DNA of 64,000 nt from Puccinia triticina (taxonomy: Eukaryota). The notes under the pieces are model-generated. The model had not been told where the DNA came from and did not search any database. It saw nothing but the letters and a program-made list of their open reading frames with translations. Every line of letters starts with the position of its first letter. The first letter of the stretch is position 1. The DNA is taken from the NCBI GenBank assembly GCA_026914245.1, contig CP110439.1:5828001-5892000 (forward strand), in the 5' to 3' direction. The position numbers and the translations under genes are program-made. Positions 24,570-38,821 of the stretch are shown piece by piece.

Positions 24570-27500
24570 TAATAGAGCACAAACAACAGACAGATGAATA
24601 ATATTGGTAACAACAGTTATTATGAATGTAAGTACAAGGTATTTATAGGTAGATACAAAAGGTCAGTGCGTACGGAGCACAGTTGAGAAATATGTAATAT
24701 TATGTAATATTACATAGTAGTACAGGGTAATCTTGTGTACATAGTTACACCGTGCTACAACACTCCCCCACTTGACCAACAACGTGAAAGTACCCGGCGG
24801 CATCTTAAGCTTCCCCAGTATTTGTCTCAGGTAGCGTCTCCTTTGGTAGGGGTGATTTAGCGGTTGACACGCCATCCCATCTCTCTGCAAGAATTTTGTT
24901 GGTCAGGTTAGGTCGAGACAAGATAAAAACCTTGTCATCCTGTAGTATTGACAGGCCAGCGATGTTGTCTAATCCCGCTGCCCACTTGATTTTGATGGAG
25001 TCTTGAAGATGATCCTGAAGTTCCCAAAGTATCTTCTCATTGGGAGCAGTGATGATCCCATCATCAACATGTATCCATATCGCACCACCATTGGCAGACC
25101 CAGATAGGTGTTGGGAGACGGGGTTACCAAGATTACAAACTATGGCAATCGGAGTTACATACACATAATCTTATTCATCTCGTAGCTATGCATATCCATA
25201 TTCACCCTACTTAGCTACTGCGGCTGCGGCAATGTTGTATGTAGTCTAGCTTGCCACCCGGTACCGGTTCTACTCTTTCCTCAGCAAGAGTTGGACCGAT
25301 ACCGGGTGTGCATAGAGCTGATCAGCAACGTGTATCTTATTGTCAGGTTAGTAATCAAACACCAAGAGTTGGACCAATACCAGGTGTGCATAGAGCTGAT
25401 CAGCGACGTGTATCTTACTGTCAGATTCACATCCCATCAGTTCTTTATAATAGGCAATAGACACTTGTGTTGTATTAGGACGCCTGGTAACCTAGCCCCA
25501 AAAGCAATCCGGACAGATGCTGCCACCAACACCTTGCTGCTTGCCTGGTTCCGTAAAGCGCTTTATTCAACTTGCAGATGTATCCTGACGGTACCTCCAG
25601 TCATCTTGGGGCCTCAAACCATATCTCCTCATCAATTGGGGAGTTGAGGTAAGCTGCAACAAAATCAAATGAATGTACTGGCCAATTCTTAGCAGCCGCT
25701 ATGGATAGTATCAAACACATAGAAATAAAGGTTGCGGTTGGTGCAAACGTGCTATTAAAATGTTTGCCTTCAATTTGTGAGTACCCTTTTGCAACATACC
25801 AAACTTTGTAATGTATGATTTCCCCAGAATTATTGAATTTTGTTGTAAAGACCCAAGTTTTGTCTGGGACCAGCAGGACATCCCAGACTCCCAGCTCTTG
25901 AAGATTCCCTAGCTATTCTTTTATTGCCTTGATTCATTCAGCTGCGGCCTTTGATTCCATTGCCTGGTTGTACGTCTTTGGTATGATGTCGTTGGCAGGA
26001 TTCTTTAGAACTGCCGCAACTAATGCTTCCTGTTTATCAACCTCCATCTTTTCTGTAAAATCCCCCAACGTGAAACGGTATAACATGCAGTCAAAAGAGC
26101 TGTTTGATGGATACACCGGGATTGTGATTGCCCCCGCATCGACAGGAACTAGGTTGTGGTCGTTCAGGTCCAGAAAACGAAATAACACCGATTTAACAAA
26201 GCAATCCTCACCCGGCAGCCAAAAACACCAGCCTTTGCTTTCCTCCAGGCACCCCACAACAGCTCCTTCAACAGATCTGTTATCGAACTTTGACCTCTTC
26301 TCCGTCATAATATGGATATACATACGCCTCGGCCCCAAAAGGTTTCAAAATGTCAAACATTGGTCGCCTATCAAACAACTTTTCATACGGCGTCTGGTCC
26401 CCGAAGGCTTTGTTTGGAATCCTGTTAAGTACCATACCGGCCCACTGAAATGCCAGACCCCAAAATGGCTTAGGTAACCCACTATCCAGTAGTAGAGTGC
26501 GCCCCACCTCCTATAATGTCCTATTGAAACCCTCAATAACCCCGTTCTGGTAATGGTGGTATGCTATTGCCCGCTCCGCCAAGATTCCTTTTGTCTTCAG
26601 AAAAGTTGCAAGGTTCCTGCTGTTGAATTCCCCTCTGTTATTGGATTGAAGGATCTTAACTTGCCGGTTTGTTGCCCTTTCCAGACGGATGATTGTCTCC
26701 ATAATCAGTACCGTAGCCTTGTCCTTTGTGCCTAGCACCTTAACCTTATTGTACCCACTTCCAATATCTCTGATCGTGAGTAAATAGCAACCACCGTTCA
26801 TGGCTGCCACATCAAATGGTCCACCTAGATCAACAGTTAATGCTTCAAGCGGCCCAAAAACGTGTCCTTCTTTTTTAAGGGCTGTGACATGTTTGCTCTT
26901 GGCAATCCAACATGAGGGGCAATGGATTTTCCCCGGCGGGAGTGAAGCAGGCAAACCTTTGCCAACGTTGCAGGCAATCATGCGCCGCAAGACTTGCAGG
27001 CTGACATGACAAAATTTCTTGTGCAGGAACAGAAGATGTTTTTCTGTCTCAGTCAGATGGGGAGCTCTGCAATTCATTTCCCTTGGTTCTGGAACAGATT
27101 CGAGAAAAGGTTCCTTGTCAGGGCTAGAATCCGTCGCGCCAAAGGATGGTTTGCAAGGAACAGTAACAGGTGGAGGTACAACAGTACTAAGGATAGAGAC
27201 AACAGTATCAGGAGCAAAAGAATGCACCACTTCAGGGTTGATAACTGAGAAAGAGGAGTAGGTGTATGGCAAACAGCTGCAGAGAAAAGCAGATTGCGGA
27301 TGGGAAAGGGAAATACCCACTTGCGGGTGGAGGGATTCAAGCAACAAGTTGCCCACATAGCGGAATGGTCAAAAAGAAGGAAGCTGCTGCATGACATATC
27401 AAAAGAGAAATGGAAACCTTGGAGGCGTAACAAAGCTGGGGAAATCAGGGTCACATTTGCAAAAGGACAGTAGAGGACCTCCTTAAGGGCCACCCTCTTT

Positions 27501-29693
27501 CCATTGGGCCCGATAAAATGCATGTCGCCCCGGGCTGTGATGAATTTAGATTTACCGTCAGTAGCTACTCTTAAGGGAATGGGATGGTCTAAAACAGTAA
27601 TTTTGAACAGTTCTGACTTGTCACCAGTCAAGTGATGTGAAGCCTCAGTGTCAAACAGGGTTTCTTGCGGTTTAACTTCTCCAGCACTGTTACCATTCAA
27701 GTCTAGGTTGTTGAACAAAGGGCCATGAGGGTCAAAGGCCGGACCAGCTATGCACGCAGAATGACCATGTTGAGCTTAGCTGGGACGGTGATTGGGGGCG
27801 TAGCTGGGTCAATAGGACTCTTGAGGGCGAGGGAGTGGGATGTGGTTGGGGTTTGCCAAGGAATGTTGACGCAGCGGGTAGTAGACAGGTTTTGTGCCGG
27901 ACGGGGAAAGGATGGGATACAAAGCTTGGAAAGGGGGTTGAGAAAATCAATGATGGGGGCCATTCGTGGATGGAGGAATCATTCAAAGGACAATTGCTAA
28001 TGATGTGGCTGGTTTGCTTGCATTTGAAACATTTGTACTTGCTGTGCTGGGGATTGGTTGCCATGACCTACATGTTATTGTTGTGGCTGACAACAGAAGG
28101 CAAACGCTTATGTGGAACGGATGTTGAATGGAAGTGAGCTGAAGGACTCAGTGGATCGAACTCAGTGTATTGCAGCAGAGAGTGTCTTCCAAGTTTTCTC
28201 AAAGGTGATAGGAGGATGATTGTTGAGGGAAACCTCCGCATCAACCGGTCAATCAAATTCAAAACAAAGGGGGGTGCCAGGTGCAACATTCATATGGATT
28301 ATGAGAGGAAGGAGATCATCATACAGAAAGGAAGTCCCCATGCTGTTCAGCTCATCCAACATGCTCTTCATTTCAGTCACCACTCACGCCGGGTTTGTCA
28401 AGATGTCAACTGCCACACAACTGAGCTGTTGAAAGATCCTCATCATCCTTGCCTTGGTAACCCCCGCAAAACGCGCCTTAATTGCCTCCAGGATGTCCCA
28501 CGCCGTGTTGAGGTCCTGTAATTTGGTCTTCATGGTTGGGTCAATGACACCCAAGACGATTTGTTGCCCAACACCAACCATCTGCGGGCAAACACAGGGG
28601 CCACTGAAAAAATCACTGTTGTCCAGGAAGCTCTGCCCTATGCCTCCTAAGCTTTGCAACCAAACCATAATATAGTTAGCTCCATCTGCCTGAAGAAAAT
28701 TGGCTTCCCCAAATTTGTTGATTGCCGCCTTGACCAGACCATTGACCGCTTGTTGATCCGCAATCAGGGACAAGTCGTCCTCCTCCCTCCTGGCCTGCAA
28801 GCCAGCCACGTGTTGTCACTGATGGCGATGATTGACATGACCATGTGGAATGATTGCTCATTGTTGTCGCGGAGGGAACCAGGAGTGTTGGCATCACAAG
28901 GAGAGTGTTGTACTGGCATGTTGAGGTGGAGAAGGTTGTGCAGAAAGAGGTGGACCGGAAAAAGGGTTGAAAGGAGTGTGATAATGTGGGAAGGTGAGGT
29001 GGAATAATAGGAAGTGAAGAAACAGAGGAAAGGAGGAGGGCGCAAGGTACTTTTATATTGGGAATGTATAGTCTTGATTTGAGAGAAGTAGTAGTAAGAG
29101 TGACTACGGATAGAGAGTGCAACCGTCACAGAGAGAAAAAATGTGGTCCACGTAATCATTGATGTCACCGAGAGGCTGACTTCCATGGTCACGTTAAAGG
29201 CAAGGTTCTTGTGACAAGAAATAAGCGCAGATGTCGTAATTGATTGAGTTGGAAAAGCAGGGTTTTCAATATAAGGACAACACCTTGAGATATGGATAAA
29301 CATCCATGGGGATGAGGAAAATAGTTATAGATGAAATGAGTTTGGCGGGTATACGGTAGACGGCACCAGAAAATGGGAAGTATCAGACGGCACACAGGCA
29401 ATGAGAGATGCCACACAGGCTAGTAAAATCTTGAAAGTAGAATAAGAGATGAAGTAATCCAAGCTCTTTACACTTGTAAGCAAGAAAGGCTCATAACCTA
29501 ATAGAGCACGAACAACAAACAGATGAATAATATTGGTAACAACAGATATTATGAATGTAAGTACAAGATATTATCTATAGGGCAATACAAAAGGTCAGTG
29601 CATACAAAGCACGGTTGAGAAATATGGAATATTATGTAATATTACATGTAGTATGGGGTAATCTTGTGTGCATAGTTACACCGTACTACAACA
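24570..29693 (-). mobile_element. Ty1/Copia element with paired ~194-bp LTRs; RNase H deleted; solo LTR nested in RT
   Basis: LTRs at 29499-29693 and 24570-24762 align. PBS GGTTATGAGCC at 29488-29498; PPT gtgggggag next to the 3' LTR. Zinc knuckle CFKCKQTSHIISNC; protease LFDTEASHH; integrase YHHYQNGVIEGFNRT; RT FDFVAAYLNS...WIHVDDG. Confidence 0.95.
25109..25449 (+). repeat. 341-bp solo LTR with perfect 5-bp TSD inserted in the Copia RT
   Basis: TSD ATAGG at 25104-25108 and 25450-25454; ends TGTTGGG...TTTATA; internal tandem duplication of about 78 bp. Removing it restores YCLSGSANGGAIWIHVDDG. Confidence 0.88.
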
Positions 29694-29738
29694 GAGACAG
29701 CAATTTATCCAAGTGTTTTCCATAGAGGACACCACATT

Positions 29739-29920
29739 AGGGGGGTTCATATTGGCAACTTTGTCACCATTTTTATCACATTTTATCATAACATTTGCAC
29801 AAATTTTTCAACCATCAGAAAAAGTGGTTTGCAGAAGAATCTGATGAACTTGTAAAACCTAAAAAGTTTGAATGACAAAATGGATAAAAATGCTGCTAGA
29901 AATTCAATGTGATCCCCCCT
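29739..29920. mobile_element. ~180-bp MITE
   Basis: Imperfect TIRs aggggggttcatattg / caatgtgatcccccct; the flanks read as a 3-bp ATT or a TA duplication. Confidence 0.65.
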
Positions 29921-32636
29921 ATTGTTGCAATGGAACTTGAAGAAACTGATTGTGTTTAGCCATCACTGTAGGATCTTGAGCTTTTCCTGGTTGCTTACCA
30001 GGAGCGCAGAAGGAGGTGGGCTGAGTCCAAGGCACGGTAATAGTGCAGACAGCTAGCTGCACAAGAGCGCGGAATCCACCCGCAACAGGACGCCTGTCAC
30101 GCAGCAGGTGAGGACCAAACCTAGTTAGTCAAGACTCAACCGGTGTGAAACTCCTGAAAGATCAGGAAAGAGCTGCGAGGGGAAATAGTCAACTACACTA
30201 CTAATAATGTAGAAGAGGCTACAACAGGTGCTGGTCTGGCCTCTTGACTAATGCTGATGGAGAAAGAGTTACACTAAGAAAAGGAAAATGGTGTGGCTGA
30301 TGATTTTTTTTGACTTAGATGACTTTAACACTTTATGAGTTTGAGGTGTATCAATTCTACTGAGGGAGAGAGTATAAGTGAGACGGGGGAAAAGCAGAAG
30401 CTCTTTGGAGTCACTCTGTAGCAGTGCTACAAGGATTGAGTGACAGGCGTCCAGGAAGTGGACGCGCTGTACATGCTAGAGTCTTCCTACTCCGGCCTAG
30501 CGCGGCCAGGAGTTAAAGAAACTGACACCTCATGCATGTTACATACAAGAGGCGCATCTTATGACACGTTTAGTTTCCTGTTTCATTTATGTTACAACAT
30601 TTGTAGACGTCTCTTACGTCTGTACTCTTGAGCAGTTCAATGAACCAGATCATTGACAGGGGTACTAACAGTGACAAATAGATAGTGTTGGGGCCAATAT
30701 TGGCCCAAAACCAAACATCAGACAAACAGTGTGGCTCCTGAAACTACCAAACTCACGGTGTTTTAATATACCAATTCATGTGGCCTTCAAGTTTTTTTTT
30801 TAGTTTTTTTTTTCATTTCAAAGGGGAAAACAACATGTTTTGATTCTCAGGATATTCAACAGGAAAGAAAAGGGTTTCAGACATGCCCAAGCCTTTTTTT
30901 TTTAGAAAGAAACATGTATAATGAGAAAGAAAAGACACTGTTGGTTTTGTAGAAATACGCACAGAGGCCACTGTTGATTTCACAGAAATAAGCACAGAGG
31001 CCAATGGCCAGTACAAGAGACATAGGGACAAAAGAGGCAAATATCATTTGGTTGCTAGGTATTTGTCGTGGTTATCAACATTGTCAAACAAGAGGGTCAA
31101 GCCAAATCCAAGTATTTCCTTGCAATCAAGGTCTTTGGGCTTGAAGGCTTGATGAGAAGAGAAGTTGTTCTCAAGCAAAATTTTAACAACCTTGTTCACA
31201 TCTCAAACGGCAAGGTATTTGACGTAGTCTCAAATAGTCGCTGGGTTTGGATTGTATATAAATGCAAGATTGGGATTGCTGGAATATTTTGCATTGCTTG
31301 CAAGGTATCAGTGTTTGCCTCCAAAGAAATCTGCACCTTTTTTGCCGGTGTGAGTAATTGCCACTTGATCAGCAAGCTGGGTGGACCATGAGCTGTCACA
31401 CCAGGATTCCCTTCAATCTTCAAAGGATAATGTGTCAGATTAAAAAGTTCACCATGTTGCAAAGGAGATCAAATGCAAACTAACCATCAAATTGGCCCAT
31501 CTTTGAATGACAAACTGAGTCAACAAGGTGTATTGGTGTAGATTTCTGGGGTTGATATAGACAGGGGAGTATTGATTGTATAGAATGTACTTCAACTTCT
31601 TGGCTGGTTTCTTTGGGCTGCTTCTTCTTTCAACGACTATTGGCCTTTGGGGGAAGAGGGTTTGATTGATCTGGCATGATTTGTTCAATTTCTTCCAACA
31701 ATGATTCCGACATGGTTCTGATGCTGGATGAAGAGAACACGGCCTAGCCTTGAGGGTTTATTGGGGTGGACAGATGGTATGCTTTGACAGGCCGCCTGAG
31801 GGGATTTGATGCTGAGCATGATGCATTATTTGGCCTAGCAAGCTTGGTGCTCAGCATTGAGTCCAAGTTTATTTGTGGACTTGGTGCGGGTGAAAGCCTG
31901 ATTGCTCACAGTTGCTCTCATTTCCGGTGGAGGAACAGGAAAATATTTTCAAGCTGGTAGCTGTATGGATTTCCAGCTGGCCACCGCTGACGGGGAAAAT
32001 CTAAAAACAAAAAACAAAACAAAAAACAAAACAAAAAACGGCCCCAATCCAAGCTTTTCTGGAAACACAATATGCAAAAGATGAAATAATGATGAGCAGA
32101 AGTAAGAATGTACATAATGAAGATGGGCATTTGGTAATTACTACATGAGCTATGAAGGAATGTACTGCTGATTCATATGAAGGGGAAAATGAGTAACAAA
32201 GTGATGAAAGATCTGCAGTCCTATGTAGCTATGATACTAATGAATGATGTATGTAATAATGCTAAGGACATGTATGAAGAAAATACCTGCCAAAACTATG
32301 TATGCCAATAACTTCTGATCCATTTGGAAATCCTAGGTGAAATGAGTGGGGGTGACTAGGGGTAAAATGGGGTGTAGAATCTGAATATGAAATAATAATG
32401 AGGTATTTATGAAGGGTGTATGAGATACAGAAGTGGTGGTATGAACAGGAACAGGGTTACCACAAGCTGCCCCAACTTATTGTCTGTCCCCAGACACTTG
32501 AGAGGAAAGGGAATGAAGAAGAGAAATTGGGAAGAAAAGAAATGAGGAAAAGGAGTTAGTCCAATTGAAGGAGGGAAGTCTGTATCCAACCAAAGAGGCC
32601 AAGTCCAAGAGGTCCAAATCTAAGGAGGGAAGTCTG

Positions 32637-35600
32637 TGTTGTAGCCCAAGGGGCTACGCATGTTCAACCTTGCCGCAGTAGCAGTGTATTCAGCATCCGG
32701 GATCAGATCCCGGATGCTGAGCTGGGATTCACAACCATTAGAGTCACTTGAGCCTGCCACGTCACAACAGGTTATGAGCCCTTGACGCTCTTTTCTTTCC
32801 AACACCCGACCACCATCGATTGCCAAGCTTAATCAGCTTGCTTATCCGACTGACTAATCATCAGGAAGAAGATTAATAATCCTATCAACTGCTGAGTCAA
32901 GTCTAAACTTAATCCGTTTGGTTAATCCGGGCATCCCAACAACATCCCAGAATCGACTCCAAAAGCGTAATAGAAGTGATAGTTTGTTTTCAAAAATTTT
33001 CATAGGCTAGGGGGACTAGCCATCCTTCCGAAAACAAGACTGTGGCACGGTTTTGACTGCTGGTGATCATTGGAGGAAACAGACTTGATCCTATATCTTG
33101 CCCAACACGTGGATCGACTCAACTCAATCTTCTACATTTGTTTATCACTTTCTTTTTCATTACTCTATATATCCGACTATCATCCCATCAACTCACACCC
33201 TCTATATCCATAACTCAATATTTAACTCTTTCTCCTTCCGTTTTTCCATATCCGACAAATCTGAATATCCTTCCTATTTTTTTCGTCTCTTCTCATCAAT
33301 AACCCCGTTTTTTTTCCTTTTTCTCCACCACTCCCATTATATACATCATCCAATTTTTTTTTTTCCGTTTTCAACCTGCTTACAACAATCACTTGACTCC
33401 CGAACACCTACACAGCCAAACTGATGGACCCAGCAAAGGATCGACAATCGACGTCGAGATCGGCCACCACGTCAAATTGGAACATCAACGACTTGTCTCA
33501 CAGAGCTAGACTGGAGGAAGATATTGCCATCCTTCAATCCAACCTCGAAAGGCTGCCGCCGAGCCCTGGCACAACAGTCGGCCAGGGACGTCAAAAAGGC
33601 AAAGCCCCGCAAAACAAGCCGAGAGACCCTGCTCCAGCCAATGAACGTGGACCTCCGCCCCACATGGATCCCAGGTTGCCCCGCATCTCACAAATACCAC
33701 CTTTGAATGTGACTGACAATGCTCCGCCCGTGCAACGTAGACCAGCCCGCTACAATGAGAGGGACGAGTTGCTGGCCAAGGAGATCAGGGATTTCGAAGA
33801 AGCAGAGTTTCACCTTTGACAAAGCAAACTCGTGGGCAATGCAATCCAGACGGCGAAGGCACAATTTCGATCTGTCAACACTCTGAAGGCGGACGGGTCA
33901 AATTTTGGCGACTGGTACCGCAACATGGCGGAGGTGGCAAGGTTGAATCTGAAGGATGCCCGTTTCTTTTTTGAGGCGTGCAACAACTCGACGTACGAAA
34001 AGATTGGCCGTGCTATCCTCATTGCCAGCATTGATCAGTCGTTGGTGGCGGAGATGCAAGCACTACCGACTTGCTTCGCGATGTACTTGAACCTATTGGC
34101 CAAATTCAAGACATCTTTGAGGGCCGCACAAATGAACATCTTCAACAAATTCAGAAGATTCAAGATCGACCCCGAGAGACATAACACCGGCATAGCGTCC
34201 GATCTGAAAGCTCTTTATGTCGAATGGGCCTCGATCAACGTAGCAATCGGAGTGGACTCTTTTCTTGGTTTTGTGCTGCAAGCGGCGGTGATGGACTCAA
34301 ACGCGGAATACAAGAAAGCATTTGAGTTAAGAGTCAAGCAACTGGTCCAAGATGACAAGAAAGGCCGCTGCCCATCTTTCGAGTCCATCATGTTGGCCCT
34401 GGACATCTGCAAGGACCAACACAAACATGCGACTGAGTTGGACGGCGATCACAACCCACACTTCACCTCTCAACCCTCCAGCAGCTCTGATCATGTTGAC
34501 GAGCAACCCGGCGGACTTCGACGTCTCGGCTTTCTTAGCTGAAGTGAGTGAAGACAAGTGGGTCGATGCACTGGACTTCTATGCAGTAACACCCCACAAA
34601 TGTTGGCAATGCGGCGGCGAAAATCACTACGCGAAGAGCTGCCCGGATCGCCCTCGAGCAGGGCAACCAAGCCGAGGGAATGGGCAAGCAATCGGCACAA
34701 TTGTCGGCACGATCTACAGACATCTTCCCAGTGGCACAGCAATGGACTCCGGCCGCTTCCCGAAGACCAATTTCCGGCAAACATTTCACCCCCCCACCCG
34801 AAACCAAGAACATGCCCGGCACTTAGCGGACTACTACTGACCACGGTATCAACGGTCAGCCAGCCAGGCTCTTTCGCAACAGGGGTCGGCTACTTCGAAT
34901 CCGACAAAAGGGGGGGTGACTGCTCACATTGTGGAAGTCAACGGTCTTCCAGACGACCTGGACAACCTGGACTTCCATTCGATGGCGCTCGGGGAAGATT
35001 TAGTGAGTGAGACTGCCATTTTTGACACTGGGGCGTCCCACGGGTTCACCGGTTCTAAATCATTACTCCATGATTTCCGCCTACTCCCAAAACCTATTGG
35101 TGTTTCTGTAGCTACTAGTGGAGCAGGGTCAGCAATCACTGGCATGGGGGCCCTAAAGTTCCTGGCCCCTGATGGATCTGTCATTGTGATCAGACAAGTA
35201 CTGTATTGTGAGCAGGCAAAGACCACGCTCATATCAATGGCAGCCCTGCGAAAAGCTAACGCACTCGTTGCCTATGACAACGCCACAGATACGTTTCACA
35301 TCTTGCGCTCAACAGGAGAGCATCTCTTCGACTGTGTTTTTGAATCCGCAAAAAATAGGTGGTGCTTGCCCTATCCGATGATCAGATTGGATAGTCAGCA
35401 GGGAACTCAGTTAGGCGATTGCCATGTGCTATTCTCAAACACCTCAACGCCAAGGCCGCAAATGTCCAATTCAAAATCCTCTCCCCCTGCCTCTTCCCTT
35501 GCTTCCTCGCCCAAATCCCTTTCTCTCTCTTCTACATCCTTGTCTCTTCCTTCCAATCATACTTCTGTTTCGTCTCTTAAGCCTGCCCCTGATGACAATA

Positions 35601-38559
35601 ACATATCAATTCTTGCATCTAAAGCTAAAGTGCCACTGTCTGATGAAGTGTTCAGGGAACCAGTGGCAAAAGCGACTGACTTTTGCTGGAAGTCAGAAGA
35701 CCTTACAAAAGATGAGAAGAAACTACTCTACTATCACAGAGTGTTTGGTCATGCTAGCCTCCGACACATTAGGAGCATTGTGTATGGACTACCTGATGAG
35801 ATCCCGAGTGGCAAAATACATTGCCCTGTGTGTGCAATAAGCAAGAGTACTCAAATTAACCCTTTAGCTTCTTCACTTACAACAGTCAAACGCTTAGATG
35901 TTTTGGCGGGGGATTTGATGGGTCCTTTTCAGGTAGATTTGATTGACGGCGGACGGTATCTACTCACAATGAGAGATGTAGCAACGGGCTATGCGTTCGT
36001 GAAGGTGCTGAAACAGAAGTCGGAAGCAAATCAACACATCATTGACACCATCAATCGCTTAGAACAAGCAGTAGGGAAGAGAGTCCAAACACTCAGGAGC
36101 GACAACGGAGGGGAGTTTGCCAACAAGAAGCTAGCGGATTTCCTTGCGGAGAAGGGCATTCAAGCGGAAAAGGCGCTCCCTTACCATCACTATCAGAACG
36201 GGGTGATAGAGAGATTCAACAGGACAGTCGCGGATACCGGGAGAACAGTTCTTATTGACAGTCCCCTACCAAAAGAATTCTGGAGTTATGCTTTCGTCTG
36301 GGCGACATACGTGCTCAATCGGCTGCCCAACAAAGCCAGTAAAGAACTGACTCCGTATGAACGAATGTTCGGCAGAAAACCTCAATATGACAACTTTCGA
36401 GTGTTCGGCAGCACTGGCTACATTCATATTCCCCACAAAAAGCGAAAGAAACTGGACAAATGGGCGGTGAAAGGTCTTGTCATCGCACACTTAGAACAGA
36501 GCAAGGGGTGGTTATTCTGGATTCCAGATCAAAAGCGCTTTGTGTCTTCGGCAATGGTCCGTTTTCCCGATGAAGAACCAACACGTGTGATCCCAGTCAA
36601 GACAAACCCGATATCAGATTGTCAGCAATCGACACCGGAGGGCCCTTTGCAAAAGCTCTCAGTTGACTACATCATGAACCTGCTCCAACTGGGTGATTTC
36701 TCTCAAGAAATAGAGTTCACAAATCAGGAGTTAATTGTAGATAAAATTTTGGACTTGTGCCAGTTCTACGCCATCTCAGTACCGAAAACTTTCCGCCAAG
36801 CAATGAATTCACCGGAGAAAGAAGCGTGGTCAAAAGCCATTGCCACCAAATTGTCCAATCTCAAAGAAATGAGGGTTTGGATTCTGAAGCTGAAACCAGA
36901 AGACAAAAAAGCTCTAGGAGGGAGATGGGTCTTTGCTACAAAACCGGACACGGATGGCAATGGTCTACGTTGCAAAAGGGTTCATGCAGGTCGAGGGAGA
37001 AGACTTCACCGCGACTTTCGCGCCGACAGCAACCTTTGTTTCCTTACGTCTTTTACTGGTGGTTGCTGCGGCATACGGTTGGCCGGTTCAGAGTTTTGAC
37101 TTTGTGGCTGCATATCTCAATTCCCCGATCAACGAGGAAGTGTGGGTGAAGCCTCCAGAAGGGATGAAAACGCCGCCGGGACATGCGCTACTTCTCAAGA
37201 AAGCTCTTTATGGCACGCGTCAGGCCGCTAGATGTTGGTGGCTACACTTGAAAGCGGTTCTGAACAAGTTTGGTTACTCGCCGTCCCAGTACGACAACAG
37301 TCTGTACATCCTCTGCCACCCGGAAGAAGCAAGTGCTGTGTGGCTGCATGTTGACAATGGGGTGGTCACGGCGTCAAGCCCCGCCCTTCTATGACGCCTG
37401 GAGCAAGACCTAAAGGATATTCTCAAGATTAAGTGGTCTACGGGTCTAGATTCGATAGTTGGACTGAACGTGAAAAGGTCCAATCAAGGTTTTGAACTAT
37501 TCCAACAAGAGCTCGTAGCTGGGATCCTGCAAGAACACTGGGATGGGACAACAATAGCGAAGACACCTTTGCCGGCTGGTTTCAATGCGACAACAGATGA
37601 AGAAGGAGTTGAAGCCGATTCAGGCCGCTATCTATTGGTAATTGGATCATTCAGCTATCTAGCGGTAGGGACGCGGCCAGACATCTGTTTTGCAGTCAAT
37701 CACCTGGCCCGTTTTGCGGCAAAACCTGGAGTAACCCACTGGAAAGGGGTTAAACACTTGGTAAACTATCTGGCAGGCAGCAAAGATGTTAGGCTATGCC
37801 TTTTCCCTTCCACTGACAATAAACCGCTTAGACATTTGCAGATGCGTCGTGGGGAGGAGAATTCTCCCGATCTTCATACGGCGTCTTGATCACATTCCTG
37901 AACTGTCCGGTCCTCTGGGTATCGCGACGCCAACAATTGGTGGCGTTGCCGACATGCCACGCAGAGTACATGGCTCTGGGGGTGGCAACGAGGCAAACAC
38001 TGTGGGTTAGACATCTGCTTCGCGATGTACTTAAGAAAGATTTCGTAGGTTTTCTATTTTGTGATAATCAATCTGCAATAAAGGTTTCCACTGATGACGC
38101 GTCCAATAAACGGACAAGGCACACTGACCGGGATTTTTACATCACTAATGAGGCACTGTTTCAAAAGAAGACAGTATTAGAATGGATAAGCACGAAGAAT
38201 CAGCTGGCCAACATCTTTACCAAGTGTATGGCACAGGACAATTTTGCGACATTGAGAGAAAGGATCATGGCAGGTTGACTTGTTTCTTGTTAATAGTTGT
38301 TGTTATTTTTTCTTCTTCTTTTATTGGTTAATCTTTTTCTACTCAGCTCAAGTTCCTTTTATCTCTATTGTTTTATGTTTTCTTTTCTGGTTGTAGGTAG
38401 TACCGCTTCTACGGCGAGAGGGGGGGTGTTGTAGCCCAAGGGGCTACGCATGCTCAACCTCGCCGCAGTAGCGGTATATTCAGCATCCGGGGTCAGATCC
38501 CGTATGCTGAGCTTGGATTCACAACCATTAGAGTCACTTGAGCCTGCCACGTCACAACA
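32637..38559 (+). mobile_element. Full-length Ty1/Copia element (5.9 kb) with 133-bp LTRs and 5-bp TSD; inactivated by stops and frameshifts
   Basis: LTRs at 32637-32769 and 38427-38559 (TGTTGT...ACAACA, 7 substitutions counted by eye); TSD GTCTG; PBS GGTTATGAGCCC at 32770; PPT gagaggggggg. Zinc knuckle CWQCGGENHYAKSC; protease IFDTGASH; integrase RSDNGGEF...QNGVIERFNRT; RT; RNase H CDNQSAI...NQLANIFTK. Confidence 0.98.
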
Positions 38560-38821
38560 GTCTGTATCCAACCAAAGAGGCCAATTCCTGAGAGAGGTCC
38601 AACCAAAGAGGGAAATCTGTATCCAACCAAGGAAGTCCAGAAGAAGATAATTCTAAACTAATTAACTATATAAAACTGAATATCTCAAACACTACGAACA
38701 GCTAGAAGATCCACCATATAAGATAATACTGGAGCTAAACTACTGGAAATCTAAGCTTATGAAGAAGAGAGTTGAGATAGGGGGAGTGGACAATATACTA
38801 ACTTTGTGTAGTATACTAATT

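Noticed and set aside
24565..29698. TSD for the minus-strand Copia element
   Set aside because: Flanks gaaaa and gagac match at only 3 of 5 positions; not claimed.
31050..31960. Short ORFs suggesting a hypothetical or effector-like gene (similar cases at 1900-2950, 13400-14000 and 23300-24100)
   Set aside because: No recognisable motif, signal peptide or consistent exon structure; cannot be supported by eye.
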